Source of the DNA: Calditrichaceae bacterium
Lineage (GTDB): Bacteria; Calditrichota; Calditrichia; Calditrichales; JBFXGD01
Length of the DNA: 64,000 nt
Direction: 5' to 3'
Assembly: GCA_050173015.1 (NCBI GenBank)
Contig: JBFXLE010000006.1
Span: 96,001 to 160,000, forward strand
The first letter of the stretch is position 1. Each line of letters starts with the position of its first letter. Shown piece after piece: positions 38,152 to 49,400 of this stretch. A program made the translations under genes and the position numbers. Below the pieces are notes generated by a model that had not been told where the DNA came from, ran no database searches, and worked only from the letters and a program-made list of their open reading frames with translations.

Positions 38152-38181
38152 AGGTGATCCTCACAGGTCACCTCTTTTTTT
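38152..38181 (+). terminator. Terminator-like hairpin between the two tRNAs
   Basis: AGGTGATC-CTCACA-GGTCACCT followed by C and 7 T. Confidence 0.6.
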
Positions 38182-38183
38182 AT

Positions 38184-38257
38184 GGCGGTGTAGCTCAGTC
38201 GGCTAGAGCAGAGGAATCATAATCCTCGTGTCCGGGGTTCAAGTCCCTGCACCGCTA
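38184..38257 (+). tRNA. tRNA-Met (CAT), probably elongator; CCA not encoded
   Basis: GGCGGTG/CACCGCT acceptor stem, GAGGA-ATCATAA-TCCTC anticodon arm, GGTTCAAGT T-loop. Confidence 0.92.
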
Positions 38258-38290
38258 CTTTTTTTTGTCTTAATTTTACCCAAAGGCCTT

Positions 38291-39640
38291 TTGTTGGATG
38301 CAAAGGTATTTTCGTGTATTACTTCCCATAATTTGATCTCACCTGGTGATAAGATTTTTGCCGCGGTGTCAGGCGGTGTAGATTCCATGGTTCTTCTGCA
38401 TATTTTGAATTCTCTTAAAACGAATCTTGGAATATCACTCAATGTCATACATATTAATCATAAAATCCGTAATATTGATTCTGATCTGGATGAAGATCTG
38501 GTGAGAAAGACCTGTAACACGATGGAGCTCCCCTTTTACTGCGAATCGTTGGAAGGTTTTAATTTGTCATCGAGCGAAAATGAATTAAGAGAGGCCCGTT
38601 ATCGCTTCTTTGATGATATTATTAAAAAAAATCCCGGCGCGAAGATTGCCACGGCTCATCACTTAAATGATCAGCTTGAAACTTTTTTGATGCGTTTGTC
38701 AAAAGGATCCTCTTTAAGAGGACTCAGGGGGATTCCTGTCGAAAGACCGGGTTACATACGGCCCATGCTGTACGTGGTGAGAGAGGAAGTCGAAGCCTAT
38801 GCAAAGGCTCAAAAAATCCCCTTTCGGATTGACCAAACCAATGCCGATACAAGAAAAACGCGCAACAAGATCAGACATGAACTTGTACCCGTAATGGAAA
38901 GAGTTTTGGGAAGCGATTTTTACGAGGGATTTGGAAAGAGCATAGATGAACTTCAGGAAATCTATCTCACCTATCATAATTTAGGTGACCGCTTGTTCCA
39001 AAAAATAGTAAAAACTAAGGACGGGAATACGGGTTTTTCAAAAACTAAATACACTCAATTATCGGAAAAACTGCGCCGGCATTTGCTTGAATATTGTATT
39101 TCCATGAATAAGCCTTTAAATTTCAGCATTCCGGGGCCTTTGTTCAGGCAGTTCGACGCGTTTGTATCCGACGCGCGGACGGGCGCTTACTTTACTCTGT
39201 CAAAGGATATGACGGTTCTAAATGACCGGGATTATATTTATTTCTCTTATAATAAAGACAAGCAAAACATAGAATTGGAACTTTCCGAAGCTCAGGGCGT
39301 CTCTATTGGGCGAAATAAAATTTTAATTAAACCCGTTACCGATAGACAAATTAAATTTTCAACTGATCCCCGCATTGAATATATTTGTGGTGATCGCATC
39401 CGGTTTCCGCTAATCTTGAGATACTGGCGGGAAGGCGATTTCTTTTATCCTCTTGGGATGAGGGGAAAACAGAAGTTAAGCGATTTTTTTATTAATCAGA
39501 AATTAAATCGCTATCAAAAAATGGATATCCCGGTATTGGTCAATGGGAATGATATTGTGTGGATAGCGGGATATCAGATTGACAATCGTTATAAAATAAC
39601 TCATAAATGTAACCGATTTTATGAATTACGGATTCAATAA
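38291..39640 (+). CDS. tilS: tRNA(Ile)-lysidine synthetase
   Basis: AVSGGVDSMVLL, REARY, TAHHLNDQLETFL, RNKIR, TilS C-terminal domain. Start moved to TTG 38291/38294 because the track start (38228) lies inside the tRNA. Confidence 0.94.
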   Translation: MLDAKVFSCITSHNLISPGDKIFAAVSGGVDSMVLLHILNSLKTNLGISLNVIHINHKIRNIDSDLDEDLVRKTCNTMELPFYCESLEGFNLSSSENELREARYRFFDDIIKKNPGAKIATAHHLNDQLETFLMRLSKGSSLRGLRGIPVERPGYIRPMLYVVREEVEAYAKAQKIPFRIDQTNADTRKTRNKIRHELVPVMERVLGSDFYEGFGKSIDELQEIYLTYHNLGDRLFQKIVKTKDGNTGFSKTKYTQLSEKLRRHLLEYCISMNKPLNFSIPGPLFRQFDAFVSDARTGAYFTLSKDMTVLNDRDYIYFSYNKDKQNIELELSEAQGVSIGRNKILIKPVTDRQIKFSTDPRIEYICGDRIRFPLILRYWREGDFFYPLGMRGKQKLSDFFINQKLNRYQKMDIPVLVNGNDIVWIAGYQIDNRYKITHKCNRFYELRIQ

Positions 39641-39659
39641 ATCAAAATAGGATAAAAAA

Positions 39660-40214
39660 ATGAAATTGGATGGTTTTAATCAAAATGAGATCGTTCCTGA
39701 AAATTATAAGATTATGATATCCGAGGAGCAGATTCATATACGTTTGAGAGAACTGGGTGAGGAAATTCTAAATGATTTTAAAGGAGAAAAACCGATTCTG
39801 ATTGGTGTGCTTAACGGTGGTTTTATATTCCTTGCCGACTTGATACGTTATATCAACACCGATGTTGAAATCGATTTTCTCAGAATCTCCAGCTACGGGA
39901 ATGAACGTGAGTCATCAGGGCATATTAAAGTCCTTAAGCCTCTGAGCGCGGATATTAATAACCGTTGTGTTGTTGTGGTGGAAGATATTGTCGATTCAGG
40001 GTTATCGGTCCGGTTTTTGCAGAATATGTTAAGCGCGTTCAATCCAAAAGCATTAAAATTCGCGACACTGCTCTATAAAAAAGGCAGAAGCAAAGTTGAT
40101 CTGAAACTGGATTATGTAGGATTTGAAATTGAAGATAAATATGTTGTCGGATATGGTCTTGATGATTTTCAGGTAAAGAGAAATCTTCGAAGCATTTATG
40201 TAATCGAATCATAG
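39660..40214 (+). CDS. hpt: Hypoxanthine phosphoribosyltransferase
   Basis: [30 protein letters not shown]. Confidence 0.96.
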   Translation: MKLDGFNQNEIVPENYKIMISEEQIHIRLRELGEEILNDFKGEKPILIGVLNGGFIFLADLIRYINTDVEIDFLRISSYGNERESSGHIKVLKPLSADINNRCVVVVEDIVDSGLSVRFLQNMLSAFNPKALKFATLLYKKGRSKVDLKLDYVGFEIEDKYVVGYGLDDFQVKRNLRSIYVIES

Positions 40215-40246
40215 CCGGAAGAATTGTAGAAAGGAATTATGTTGAG

Positions 40247-42313
40247 ATGGATGAAAAAAATTCAAATAATTTTAACAATAAAAATCGACCGGATCCTAAC
40301 AACCGGAAGAAAAAAGATGATGAGTTTCAATGGAAAAAAGCCTCGAAGACCGGGCTTGTATGGATATTGATTCTTCTTTCCGCCATATTTTTCAGTACCC
40401 TGTGGCCCGATAACAGGCCTGATGAGATAGAGGTCGATTATTTTGTTTACCAGAAACTTTTAAGGGATGGTAAAATTGAGAGCGGTCGTGTGACCCTCAA
40501 AGAGAATAATTTTCAGGGTACTTTAAAAGGTGAAGAGGGTATTCCGGACAATAAGGGTGTTAAACGAGGTAAATATATACGGACAAATCTGCCGTTTGTA
40601 GATAATACGGTAGTCGAAGAATGGGAAAAGTATGACGTAAAGGTCAGATTTGTAGAGCCGTCGAGTGAGTGGACGCTTGTTCTGATAAATTCGCTGCCCT
40701 GGATACTCATTATTGTCGCCTGGATATTCATCGCCAGAAGAATGCAGGGCGGAAGCGGAGGAAGCCGGGGGATTTTTAGTTTTGGCAAAAGTAAGGCCAA
40801 AATGCTGACGCCCGATAAGGCAAATATTACTTTTAAGGATGTGGCGGGGGCTGATGAAGCCAAAATGGAACTTCAGGAAATAATTGAATTTCTGAAATAC
40901 CCCGAAAAATTTCAGCGTCTTGGCGGAAAAATTCCAAAAGGCGCGTTGCTGCTCGGCCCTCCGGGGACCGGTAAGACTTTGCTGGCGAAAGCCGTAGCCG
41001 GTGAAGCCGGTGTGCCGTTTTTTAGCATGAGCGGGGCCGATTTCGTGGAGATGTTTGTCGGTGTGGGCGCCAGCCGGGTACGCGACCTTTTTGAAATGGG
41101 TCGAAAAAACGCTCCCTGTATTATTTTTATTGATGAAATTGACGCCGTAGGAAGACACCGCGGAGCAGGATTGGGCGGCGGACACGATGAGCGTGAACAA
41201 ACTCTGAATCAGCTGCTGGTGGAGATGGACGGATTCGATACAAAGGAAGGTGTAATTCTGATCGCGGCGACAAATCGCCCGGATGTGTTGGATTCCGCCT
41301 TATTACGTCCCGGCCGGTTTGACAGGCAGATCGTTGTCGATCGCCCTGATGTCCGGGGCAGGACAGGAATTCTGAAAGTACATACACGGTCAGTTCCGGT
41401 TGACAATTCTGTCGATCTTGAGGCGGTTGCAAAAGGTACACCGGGTCTGTCCGGCGCGGATATCGCTAATTTGGTTAACGAAGCGGCATTGCTCGCGGCC
41501 CGCAAAGATAAGCAAAAAGTTGGAATGACCGATTTCGAAGAAGCTAAAGATAAAATTATGATGGGTATGGAGAGAAAATCGCTTCTGATAACCGACGAAG
41601 AGAAAAAGACGACAGCTTATCATGAATCAGGACACGTGTTGGTGGGAAAACTGATCCCCGGAACGGATCCGGTGCATAAAGTAACTATTATTCCTCGCGG
41701 CAGGGCTCTCGGTGTCACCGCCTATCTCCCGATTGATGAAAAACATACCTATTCAAAGGAATATCTGGAAGGAATGCTCGCTCAGCTGCTTGGCGGCCGG
41801 GTAGCGGAAAAAATAGTGTTCAAACAGCTCACAACCGGGGCGGGCAACGATATTGAGCGCGCCACAGATCTTGCCAGAAAAATGGTGTGTGAATGGGGAA
41901 TGAGCGCGAAACTTGGTCCGATCACATTTGGAAAAAAGGACCAGGAAATATTCCTGGGACGGGAAATCGCCCAACATCGTGATTATAGCGAAGAAATTGC
42001 TCATTCGATTGATCAGGAAGTAAACCGGATTGTTTTGGACGCCGAGAAAAAAGCCGAAAAAATTCTATCTGAAAACCTGGATAAACTTCATGCCATCGCC
42101 ACCGCGCTTCTGGAGCATGAACTGCTCGACGGAGAACAGATTGATATGATTCTTCGAGGCGAAATAATTGAAGCCGCGGCTTTCACAAAGCCGAAGAAAT
42201 CCGCTAAAAAGAGCGGCAATGACGGCAAGGATTCTGAAAAATCCGCCATGGAAAAAGAGACCGAAAAAAAGGATGAAAAACCGGAGTCACCCGCTGATCC
42301 GGATAAGAATTAA
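40247..42313 (+). CDS. ftsH: ATP-dependent zinc metalloprotease FtsH
   Basis: Two TMs, [28 protein letters not shown]. Confidence 0.98.
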   Translation: MDEKNSNNFNNKNRPDPNNRKKKDDEFQWKKASKTGLVWILILLSAIFFSTLWPDNRPDEIEVDYFVYQKLLRDGKIESGRVTLKENNFQGTLKGEEGIPDNKGVKRGKYIRTNLPFVDNTVVEEWEKYDVKVRFVEPSSEWTLVLINSLPWILIIVAWIFIARRMQGGSGGSRGIFSFGKSKAKMLTPDKANITFKDVAGADEAKMELQEIIEFLKYPEKFQRLGGKIPKGALLLGPPGTGKTLLAKAVAGEAGVPFFSMSGADFVEMFVGVGASRVRDLFEMGRKNAPCIIFIDEIDAVGRHRGAGLGGGHDEREQTLNQLLVEMDGFDTKEGVILIAATNRPDVLDSALLRPGRFDRQIVVDRPDVRGRTGILKVHTRSVPVDNSVDLEAVAKGTPGLSGADIANLVNEAALLAARKDKQKVGMTDFEEAKDKIMMGMERKSLLITDEEKKTTAYHESGHVLVGKLIPGTDPVHKVTIIPRGRALGVTAYLPIDEKHTYSKEYLEGMLAQLLGGRVAEKIVFKQLTTGAGNDIERATDLARKMVCEWGMSAKLGPITFGKKDQEIFLGREIAQHRDYSEEIAHSIDQEVNRIVLDAEKKAEKILSENLDKLHAIATALLEHELLDGEQIDMILRGEIIEAAAFTKPKKSAKKSGNDGKDSEKSAMEKETEKKDEKPESPADPDKN

Positions 42314-42344
42314 GTTGTTTTATTGATCGATGTCCAAAAGATAC

Positions 42345-42376
42345 AAAAAGCGGGGTAATTTTATCCCGCTTTTTTT
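42345..42376 (+). terminator. Intrinsic terminator after ftsH
   Basis: AAAAAGCGGG...CCCGCTTTTTTT. Confidence 0.85.
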
Positions 42377-42406
42377 GTTTTTAAGCGGACTTAATTTATT
42401 GTTAAT

Positions 42407-42435
42407 TTGCCCTTTGCGGGAAGAATATTTATATT
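42407..42435 (+). promoter_or_regulatory. Candidate sigma70 promoter about 245 nt upstream of the TPR gene
   Basis: TTGCCC (42407-42412), 17-nt spacer, TATATT (42430-42435). Confidence 0.5.
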
Positions 42436-42680
42436 ATCACGATCCTCTTTTAAATTATATTTCAGGACAAAAGGGCTGATACGGTAAATGGTGTATTTTT
42501 GGATGTCCGGGATATGAGAAATGACAGGATGTCTTTATTACCGGGATGTTGGCAGAGATTTTGCAAAATGAAACAGAATCAAACCACTTTTTATATTACA
42601 ACAAGGTTCAGTTGTCAAAAACTGAGCAATTTTTGCGCAGTATAACACGAAAGATAAAGTGCTTGGGGTATTGAGATAAT

Positions 42681-44273
42681 ATGCGAAATTTGTTGACGTT
42701 TCTTTCCGGAGAAGTTCCGGGCGGCATTGTACTTCTTATCATTATTATTTTTGCCGTTAATATTACATTTATTCTTTTGAAATCATCAAAAATTTTTTCA
42801 GCCGAAAAGGCGCGAAAAAATCAACTGTTTTACTCAATAATCATTCTCATGATTTATACATCCCTTTGGTTGATTCTGCAGCCGCCCCTGCCAAAAGTCA
42901 GGGTAATGGTGTTACCCACGGTGAATCAGGACAATGTGGTGGAGCTTAATTCAAAAGCGTTTGCTCTGGTCGAATCGTTTGAACGGGCCGGGCTCAATAA
43001 TACGAAAAACAAATACATTATTCATCGCTGGTCCTGGCTGTTTGAAACCATCGGTAATGATTCAGTCAGTGATTTTAACGCCTGGAAATCAATCGCCTTA
43101 CGTATCAAACCCGGTATTGTAATTGAAAGCGCCTACCGGTCCAGCGGAGGCATAACCTGTACTGTTTATGATTATCAGAAGGGCGCTGTCAAGAAAAATA
43201 GCATTGAGATGACCTCGGCAGATGAAATAGAAGAATTGCTGAACCAGCTCAATCAGCAATTCAAATTCTTTATCAATAATCCGGTGAATCCGAATTCGGA
43301 TACGTTAATATTGGATGCAAAAATCAGTTTATTGCATGGTGATACAGAAAAAGTCAGCCAACTGATAGAAGGCAGGGAAGATGTCGAATCGAACGTCTTA
43401 AAAGCATTTGTTTTAATGAAAAAAGGGATGTCGGTCAGGCGTGACCGGGAAAAGGCAAAATATACAAAAATCGTAAATAATGATTTTGAAGCGGCAAAAC
43501 GTATTTTGCATCCGATCATCAAAGAGCGTAATGACACACCCGAAGTTCCGTATCTGTTGGGTAGAATTGCCTTGCGTGAAGAAGATTACCCTTTGGCAGA
43601 ACTGTTTTTAAAAAAAGCGATCATAGATGATCCATCTAATCCGAGAGTGTTGTTCGCGCTGAGCTATCTGCTCCCGGCCCGACTGCAAGAGTTGGGATAT
43701 GAAAACCGTATCAATGTTCTCGAAAAAGCGGTTACCCTGGATCCCGGATATGTTAAAGCGGTATATGAGCTTGCCAATGAATACTATCTTACCGGTACGG
43801 GCACTCAGGTCGGCACAGGCACGACGATGGCGATGGAGACGATTGATTCATATATGAAAATCAAAGCGGATGATCCGACAATTTTGAGTTTGCTGGGGAT
43901 GATTTACATAAAAACCAATCGCTTTGATGAAGCGTTCGATGTAAATCAAAAGCTGCAAAAACAGTATCCGGAAGATTCAAATGTTTATTACAATCTTGGA
44001 CTGATAAGATTTCATCAAAAAAAATATGAAGATGCCCTGAATTATTTTAAAAAGGCAATCGATATAGACCGGAATCTGGACTCATATTTATATATGGGTA
44101 TCACTTACCGGCAGCTGGGTGACCGGGAAAAGGCGCTTAAATATTACAGGGAACGGATCAAGCGAAAAAAGGGAGACGATGATTATTACGCCAAAGAAGC
44201 CATGACAGGGATTAGAAAAATTCTTGATGAAATTGATCAGGAAAAGGCAGACGCAAATATCCATGAAAATTAG
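42681..44273 (+). CDS. Membrane-anchored TPR-repeat protein
   Basis: Two N-terminal TM segments; several TPRs (YYNLGLIRFHQKKYEDALNYFKKAIDID etc.). Confidence 0.8.
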   Translation: MRNLLTFLSGEVPGGIVLLIIIIFAVNITFILLKSSKIFSAEKARKNQLFYSIIILMIYTSLWLILQPPLPKVRVMVLPTVNQDNVVELNSKAFALVESFERAGLNNTKNKYIIHRWSWLFETIGNDSVSDFNAWKSIALRIKPGIVIESAYRSSGGITCTVYDYQKGAVKKNSIEMTSADEIEELLNQLNQQFKFFINNPVNPNSDTLILDAKISLLHGDTEKVSQLIEGREDVESNVLKAFVLMKKGMSVRRDREKAKYTKIVNNDFEAAKRILHPIIKERNDTPEVPYLLGRIALREEDYPLAELFLKKAIIDDPSNPRVLFALSYLLPARLQELGYENRINVLEKAVTLDPGYVKAVYELANEYYLTGTGTQVGTGTTMAMETIDSYMKIKADDPTILSLLGMIYIKTNRFDEAFDVNQKLQKQYPEDSNVYYNLGLIRFHQKKYEDALNYFKKAIDIDRNLDSYLYMGITYRQLGDREKALKYYRERIKRKKGDDDYYAKEAMTGIRKILDEIDQEKADANIHEN

Positions 44274-45417
44274 ATCAATTCACCCTGGCGATTCAAAGAA
44301 GCTTGAATTAATAAAGAAGAAATTTGGATTCATTAATGAAAACATGATTCCGGAGCAAACCATTTATTTGTTATCGGAATTGAATTCGACGCAGACAAAC
44401 ATTTTGGCGAAAATACGCGGGCAGAATCAACTAAATAGCCGGTTAATAGCCGGCGGGAAAAAAGAGTATTTGGTTGTCCGAAAATCATTTGAGGCCGATT
44501 CTGAAAATCTACACAAGTCAGCTATGGAAGATTCTGAACTTGCCGGGTTCTTTGAAAAAATATTGACTCAGAATACCATGAAACGCGAGCCGCGCTGGGA
44601 ATTTAATGGCCGGGCGCTGGATTTTAATGATGGACCTTTCATAATGGGTATTTTGAATGTGACACCCGATTCTTTTTCCGACGGCGGAAAATATCTGAAT
44701 CGGGAAAAAGCGCTGGAACATGCCCTGAAGATGGTGGATGATGGAGCGGACATTCTTGATATTGGCGGAGAATCAACAAGACCGGGCGCCGTATCGGTCA
44801 GCGCCGGTGAAGAGATCGAACGGGTTATACCGCTCATCGATGAAGTTCGAAAACAATCTGATACAATTCTATCGATTGATACATACAAAAGTGAAGTCGC
44901 GGAAGCCGCGCTAAAAGCAGGCGCCCATATGATTAATGATATCAGCGGCGGAACGTTTGATAAAAATATGGGCCGGGTGGCGGGTGATGCCGGTTGCCCG
45001 ATGGTGGTGATGCATATAAAGGGCACACCAAAAAATATGCAGAAAAATCCTTATTATGAGGATGTTATAGAAGAAATCTATGATTATTTTTGGGACAGAA
45101 TAAAAGTACTTAATCGTCAAAACGTCACAAAAATAATAATTGATCCCGGTATCGGCTTTGGAAAAAGGCTGGAAGATAATTTGACAATAATTAAGGATTT
45201 AAAGGATTTTGAATATTTAACCTGTCCGGTCATGATAGGGTTGTCGCGAAAATCCTTTCTCGGTCAGATTACCGGCAAAGACACAGCACACCGGCTGGCG
45301 GGAACACAAGCGGCAAACTATGCGGCACTGGAGTCGGGCGCGAATATTTTGCGCGTTCATGACGTGACGGAGACAAAGGATTTAGTCAGTGTTTTTAAGT
45401 ATCTGAGGGATGTCTGA
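44263..45417 (+). CDS. folP: Dihydropteroate synthase with N-terminal extension
   Basis: MGILNVTPDSFSDGG, DIGGESTRPG, DPGIGFGK, SRKSF, RVHDV; ATG 44263. Confidence 0.95.
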   Translation: MKIRSIHPGDSKKLELIKKKFGFINENMIPEQTIYLLSELNSTQTNILAKIRGQNQLNSRLIAGGKKEYLVVRKSFEADSENLHKSAMEDSELAGFFEKILTQNTMKREPRWEFNGRALDFNDGPFIMGILNVTPDSFSDGGKYLNREKALEHALKMVDDGADILDIGGESTRPGAVSVSAGEEIERVIPLIDEVRKQSDTILSIDTYKSEVAEAALKAGAHMINDISGGTFDKNMGRVAGDAGCPMVVMHIKGTPKNMQKNPYYEDVIEEIYDYFWDRIKVLNRQNVTKIIIDPGIGFGKRLEDNLTIIKDLKDFEYLTCPVMIGLSRKSFLGQITGKDTAHRLAGTQAANYAALESGANILRVHDVTETKDLVSVFKYLRDV

Positions 45418-45534
45418 TTTTTTCACGTGACAATGATCACTGAAAAAAGAGATATATCCCATGATTTTTATAGTTAATCGTCTCAGAAGTTTTTCCGGGT
45501 ATTGCGCGCCGGGTAACAAGCAAAAGAGGTCAGA

Positions 45535-46341
45535 GTGCTTTTTAGAATCGGATTTTTGCCAATCACCTTTGTGGATATTATAGATATTCTGATTGTGACG
45601 GCAATAATTTACAAATTATATGAGTTCTTAAAAGGCAGCGTGGCCATAAGAATGTTTATTGGCTTGCTTGTTATATTATTTTTTTCTATTTTTGGTGAAT
45701 TACTGAATATGAGTGCCTTATCCTGGATTATGTCCAGTTTAAAAACGGTATGGGTACTTGCTTTTGTTATTGTTTTTCAACCCGAATTACGGCGCCTCTT
45801 GATCTATCTCGGACAAAACAGGATTGTGAGAACATTTGTAAAGGTCGGAGATCTAAAATTTATTGATCATATTATTGAAGCCAGTCTGGAATTATCGAAG
45901 AAAAATTATGGAGCCCTGATAGTCCTGGTGCGCGATATGGGAATAAAAAATGTGATTGAAACAGGAATCAATTTGCAGGCGCATGTATCCGGCGCTTTGA
46001 TTACATCGGTGTTTAATCCAAGATCACCGCTGCATGACGGTGCTTTGGTGATTCAGAATGATATCGCGGTGGCGGCGAAATGTCTGCTGCCGTTATCACA
46101 GAATCCTGATATCGATCCGGCCTTGGGAACACGGCACCGGGCGGCATTAGGATTATCTGAGCAGGCGGATGCGTTTGTCATTGTCGTTTCAGAGGAAACG
46201 GGAATGATTTCTTACGCGGAAAACGGTAAGCTGGTACGCGGGCTGACGGAAAGTCTGCTGCGGAAACAGCTTGATGAAATTTTCTCTCCAAAACCAACCG
46301 GTAAGGTAAAGGGTTTTTTTAATATGGCGACGGAGAGCTGA
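45535..46341 (+). CDS. cdaA: Diadenylate cyclase CdaA
   Basis: Three N-terminal TMs, VFQPELRR, PLHDGA, GTRHRAALG, VSEETG. Confidence 0.95.
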   Translation: MLFRIGFLPITFVDIIDILIVTAIIYKLYEFLKGSVAIRMFIGLLVILFFSIFGELLNMSALSWIMSSLKTVWVLAFVIVFQPELRRLLIYLGQNRIVRTFVKVGDLKFIDHIIEASLELSKKNYGALIVLVRDMGIKNVIETGINLQAHVSGALITSVFNPRSPLHDGALVIQNDIAVAAKCLLPLSQNPDIDPALGTRHRAALGLSEQADAFVIVVSEETGMISYAENGKLVRGLTESLLRKQLDEIFSPKPTGKVKGFFNMATES

Positions 46342-46426
46342 GAATAGATGGATGATGTTTTGATTGTTTTGACTTATGAAAAATAGTGCGAAAATGAATA
46401 TATTCCTGGAGAAGGAGGAGCAGAGC

Positions 46427-49400
46427 ATGGCTGTTTCTACTAAAAAAAGTCGAGTAGTAATTAGTATTGCTTTATTATTGACAGTGTTTGGGTTTTCTCA
46501 GGCGATGGCTCAAACAACCTACTATTCACAAGGGGCTGTAAATTTTACATCAGTGACTAACTGGAATGATGCATCGGATGGTTCAGGAAATCCTCCGCCA
46601 GGAACATCGGTGTTCGTTTCGGCAGTTGATGATTTTGTTGTGCAAAACACAGATAATTTAACTATTGATGCGACTCCAACGATTAATAATCTAACAATAA
46701 ATACTTCGGGTACAGTCACAAATAATGGTTTTGACCTTCAGCTGGTTGGTACACTGACGGTTACGCAGGGTACGGTTAGTATGAGTAGCAACTTTGTTAT
46801 TGCGGGAACAGTTAATGTGAATGGTGGTACATTCAATGCTGGATCCTCAGATCAACATAGCTTTCTTCTTTCCTTGTCAAGCGGTGCTTTTAATGCCCAG
46901 ACATCAACAATTGAGATGAAATCATCAGGCAGTACAACCGTATTTAATAAAACCGGTGGAACTTTCGATGAGGGTACCGCGACCTTTAAAATTGTGCCGA
47001 ATTCTGATGGATCAAGTGCAATATTAACGATTACATCTAATAGCAACATTGCTTTTGAAAAATTGATTCATAGTGGTCTAAGAAATTCTGGTTTTTCAAA
47101 TGTGCATGAAATTTCATTTGCGGGTACAGTAACTTATAGTATTAACAATTCTTTTGAAAGAACAGACCGGGCTTCGGCGATTAACTTTCCGTCCGGCGCT
47201 ACGCTGAGTTATAACCAGGGGGCTAAATTAAATTATAGTGGCAGCACTATTGCATTTACAGTAGGTAATGAATGGCCGGCAAGCAATGGGCCGGACTCGG
47301 TACTCGTCACAAATTCAAGTACCAAGACCGTTACATTGAGTTCGTCCAGAACAATTCCTTCTGATGGGGCACTTGTTTTAAGTCAATTTAGTGAAAATTT
47401 TATAATTGGTGATGGAACTATACTTACTATTAATGGTGTCCTTGAGAGAAAAGTTTCGGGTACAACTGGTATCTCTTTAAGTGGTACAGGCTCGGTGCAA
47501 TACGCGGCAACAGGAAGTAGTCTTAAATATAATACATCAGCGAATACGACCATAGGAGCTGAGTGGCCGGCGACAAATTCTCCTGAAAATGTTGAAATAA
47601 CAATTTTAAATAGCAATGCTTTATCTAGTTCCGGGGATCTAAGCCGAACAGTTACCAAAAATTTGACGATGAATGTTGGAACTGTAAATCTGAACGCAGG
47701 TACGTTAGCGGTATTGGGAAATGTTGCTGGAAGTGAAATAGCTGGTAGCGCGACTATTAATGATGCAACCACACTTGAGGTCGGTAATAGCGGTAGCGGA
47801 AATTCACAAAGCCAGACTATTATCGGCACTCTTACGCTAAACAAAATGACTGTCAATAAAACAGGTGGTGCAAATGATGCTGCAAATACGGTCCAGTTGA
47901 CCGAAAGTGCCGCGCTGACTTTCACTGCCGGCAGTAGCTTGACGGTGACAGCAGGAATATTGGATCTAAACGGTGCTTCAAGATTTGTTACCGCTCCTGT
48001 TACAATGACCATTAACAGCGGTGCTGTGCTCAAAACCGGCGGTACGTCTTTAACATCAGTAGCAACTCTGACCGCGACTAATGGAAAAATTGTATTTTCC
48101 GGATCTTCGCAGGAAACATTGCCCATCGGCACTATCGGGACAGTAGAGTTAAATAATGTATCTGGCGCGATTACTTCTGCAGGTACATTGACGGTAGGTT
48201 CAAGTCTGGTGCTTACCAGCGGTAAGTTAATCACGTCTTCAGCGAATATTCTCCGGCTGGCTTCAGCGGCCACGGTATCAGGTATCCCCAGCAGCTCCAA
48301 TATGGTGGTTGGCCCCTTGCAAAAAGCCTTCGCGAGCGGAGTCGTATCATTTCTTTATCCGGTGGGCTATGGGTCAAGTTACCGGCCCGCGACCTTTGAC
48401 TATTTGTCTAATGATGTAGCGACTAGTATTATTCAAATAGAGGCGGTGTCGGGGGATCCGGGGGGCACAAAACCGACAGGAATCAATTCAATCGCCACAT
48501 CTCATCATTATGTGGTCAAAGAAATTGGAACAGCAGGGACTTTCACATATAATTTCACCGGTACGTATACAGGAACAGGATTCACACCGGAATCTCGGAA
48601 TCAGTTGATTGTTCAAAATGGGATTGATCCTAATCCTCTCTATTCATATCCGAACACAATTGCGCAAACAGTGAATACAACGGCAAAAACGGTTAAAATA
48701 AATGACGCCCTAAGCGCTTTACCCAGCGATGACGGGAAAATCGCATTTGGGTCAATCGGTGTTCAAATCACCTGGGATGGCGGTTTAAGTGGTACCGGAA
48801 CGTTATGGAGTAATGCCGCGAACTGGGTGGGTGATATTGTGCCACAAACCGGCGATGATGTGCTTTTTGATCATACAGAGTTAGCCGCCGCATACAGCGT
48901 TACCTATGATGGCAGCACCACAAAAAATGAATTTTCAAGCATTACAATCGCCCCCGGGGGTGGAAACAATATCACGTTGACGCTGTCCAGATCGACGACC
49001 CTCACATTGACGAGCAGTTCCAACGCGCTGGTGGTCGGGTCCAACGGAAAGCTCACTTTCAGTGGTACGACGGTAACCATGGGCGCCGGCTTTGATAATA
49101 CACGCACAGACTTTCAGGCGGGTAGTACCGTTGAGTATACCACCGGTAATGTACATGTGGATGGCTATGATAATCTTACCATAAGTGGGGCAACCAGTGG
49201 AACAACTGGATCCGGTACGACTACAGTCGGTGGAAATCTGGCAATAAGTGCCACGGGATTTACATCGGCAAATGCATTTACTGTAGCGGGTTCATTCACT
49301 CAAACAGCGGGAGCAGCAAGCTTTGCAACCCAAAGTTTGACATTAAATGGAAATGTTGATATTCAGGGTGGGACTTTTACCCCTTCAACATCGACAACAT

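Noticed and set aside
38184-38257. Second CAT tRNA as tRNA-Ile2 because it adjoins tilS
   Set aside because: Acceptor stem GGCGGTG resembles elongator Met tRNAs; not excluded without isotype models.
38228-38290. Track start of tilS at GTG 38228
   Set aside because: Lies inside the second tRNA; a TTG at 38291/38294 fits TilS length.
40523-41200. 225-aa minus-strand ORF and neighbours
   Set aside because: Antisense to highly conserved ftsH.
47383-48300. 305-aa minus-strand ORF
   Set aside because: Antisense shadow of the low-complexity surface protein; no motifs or SD.
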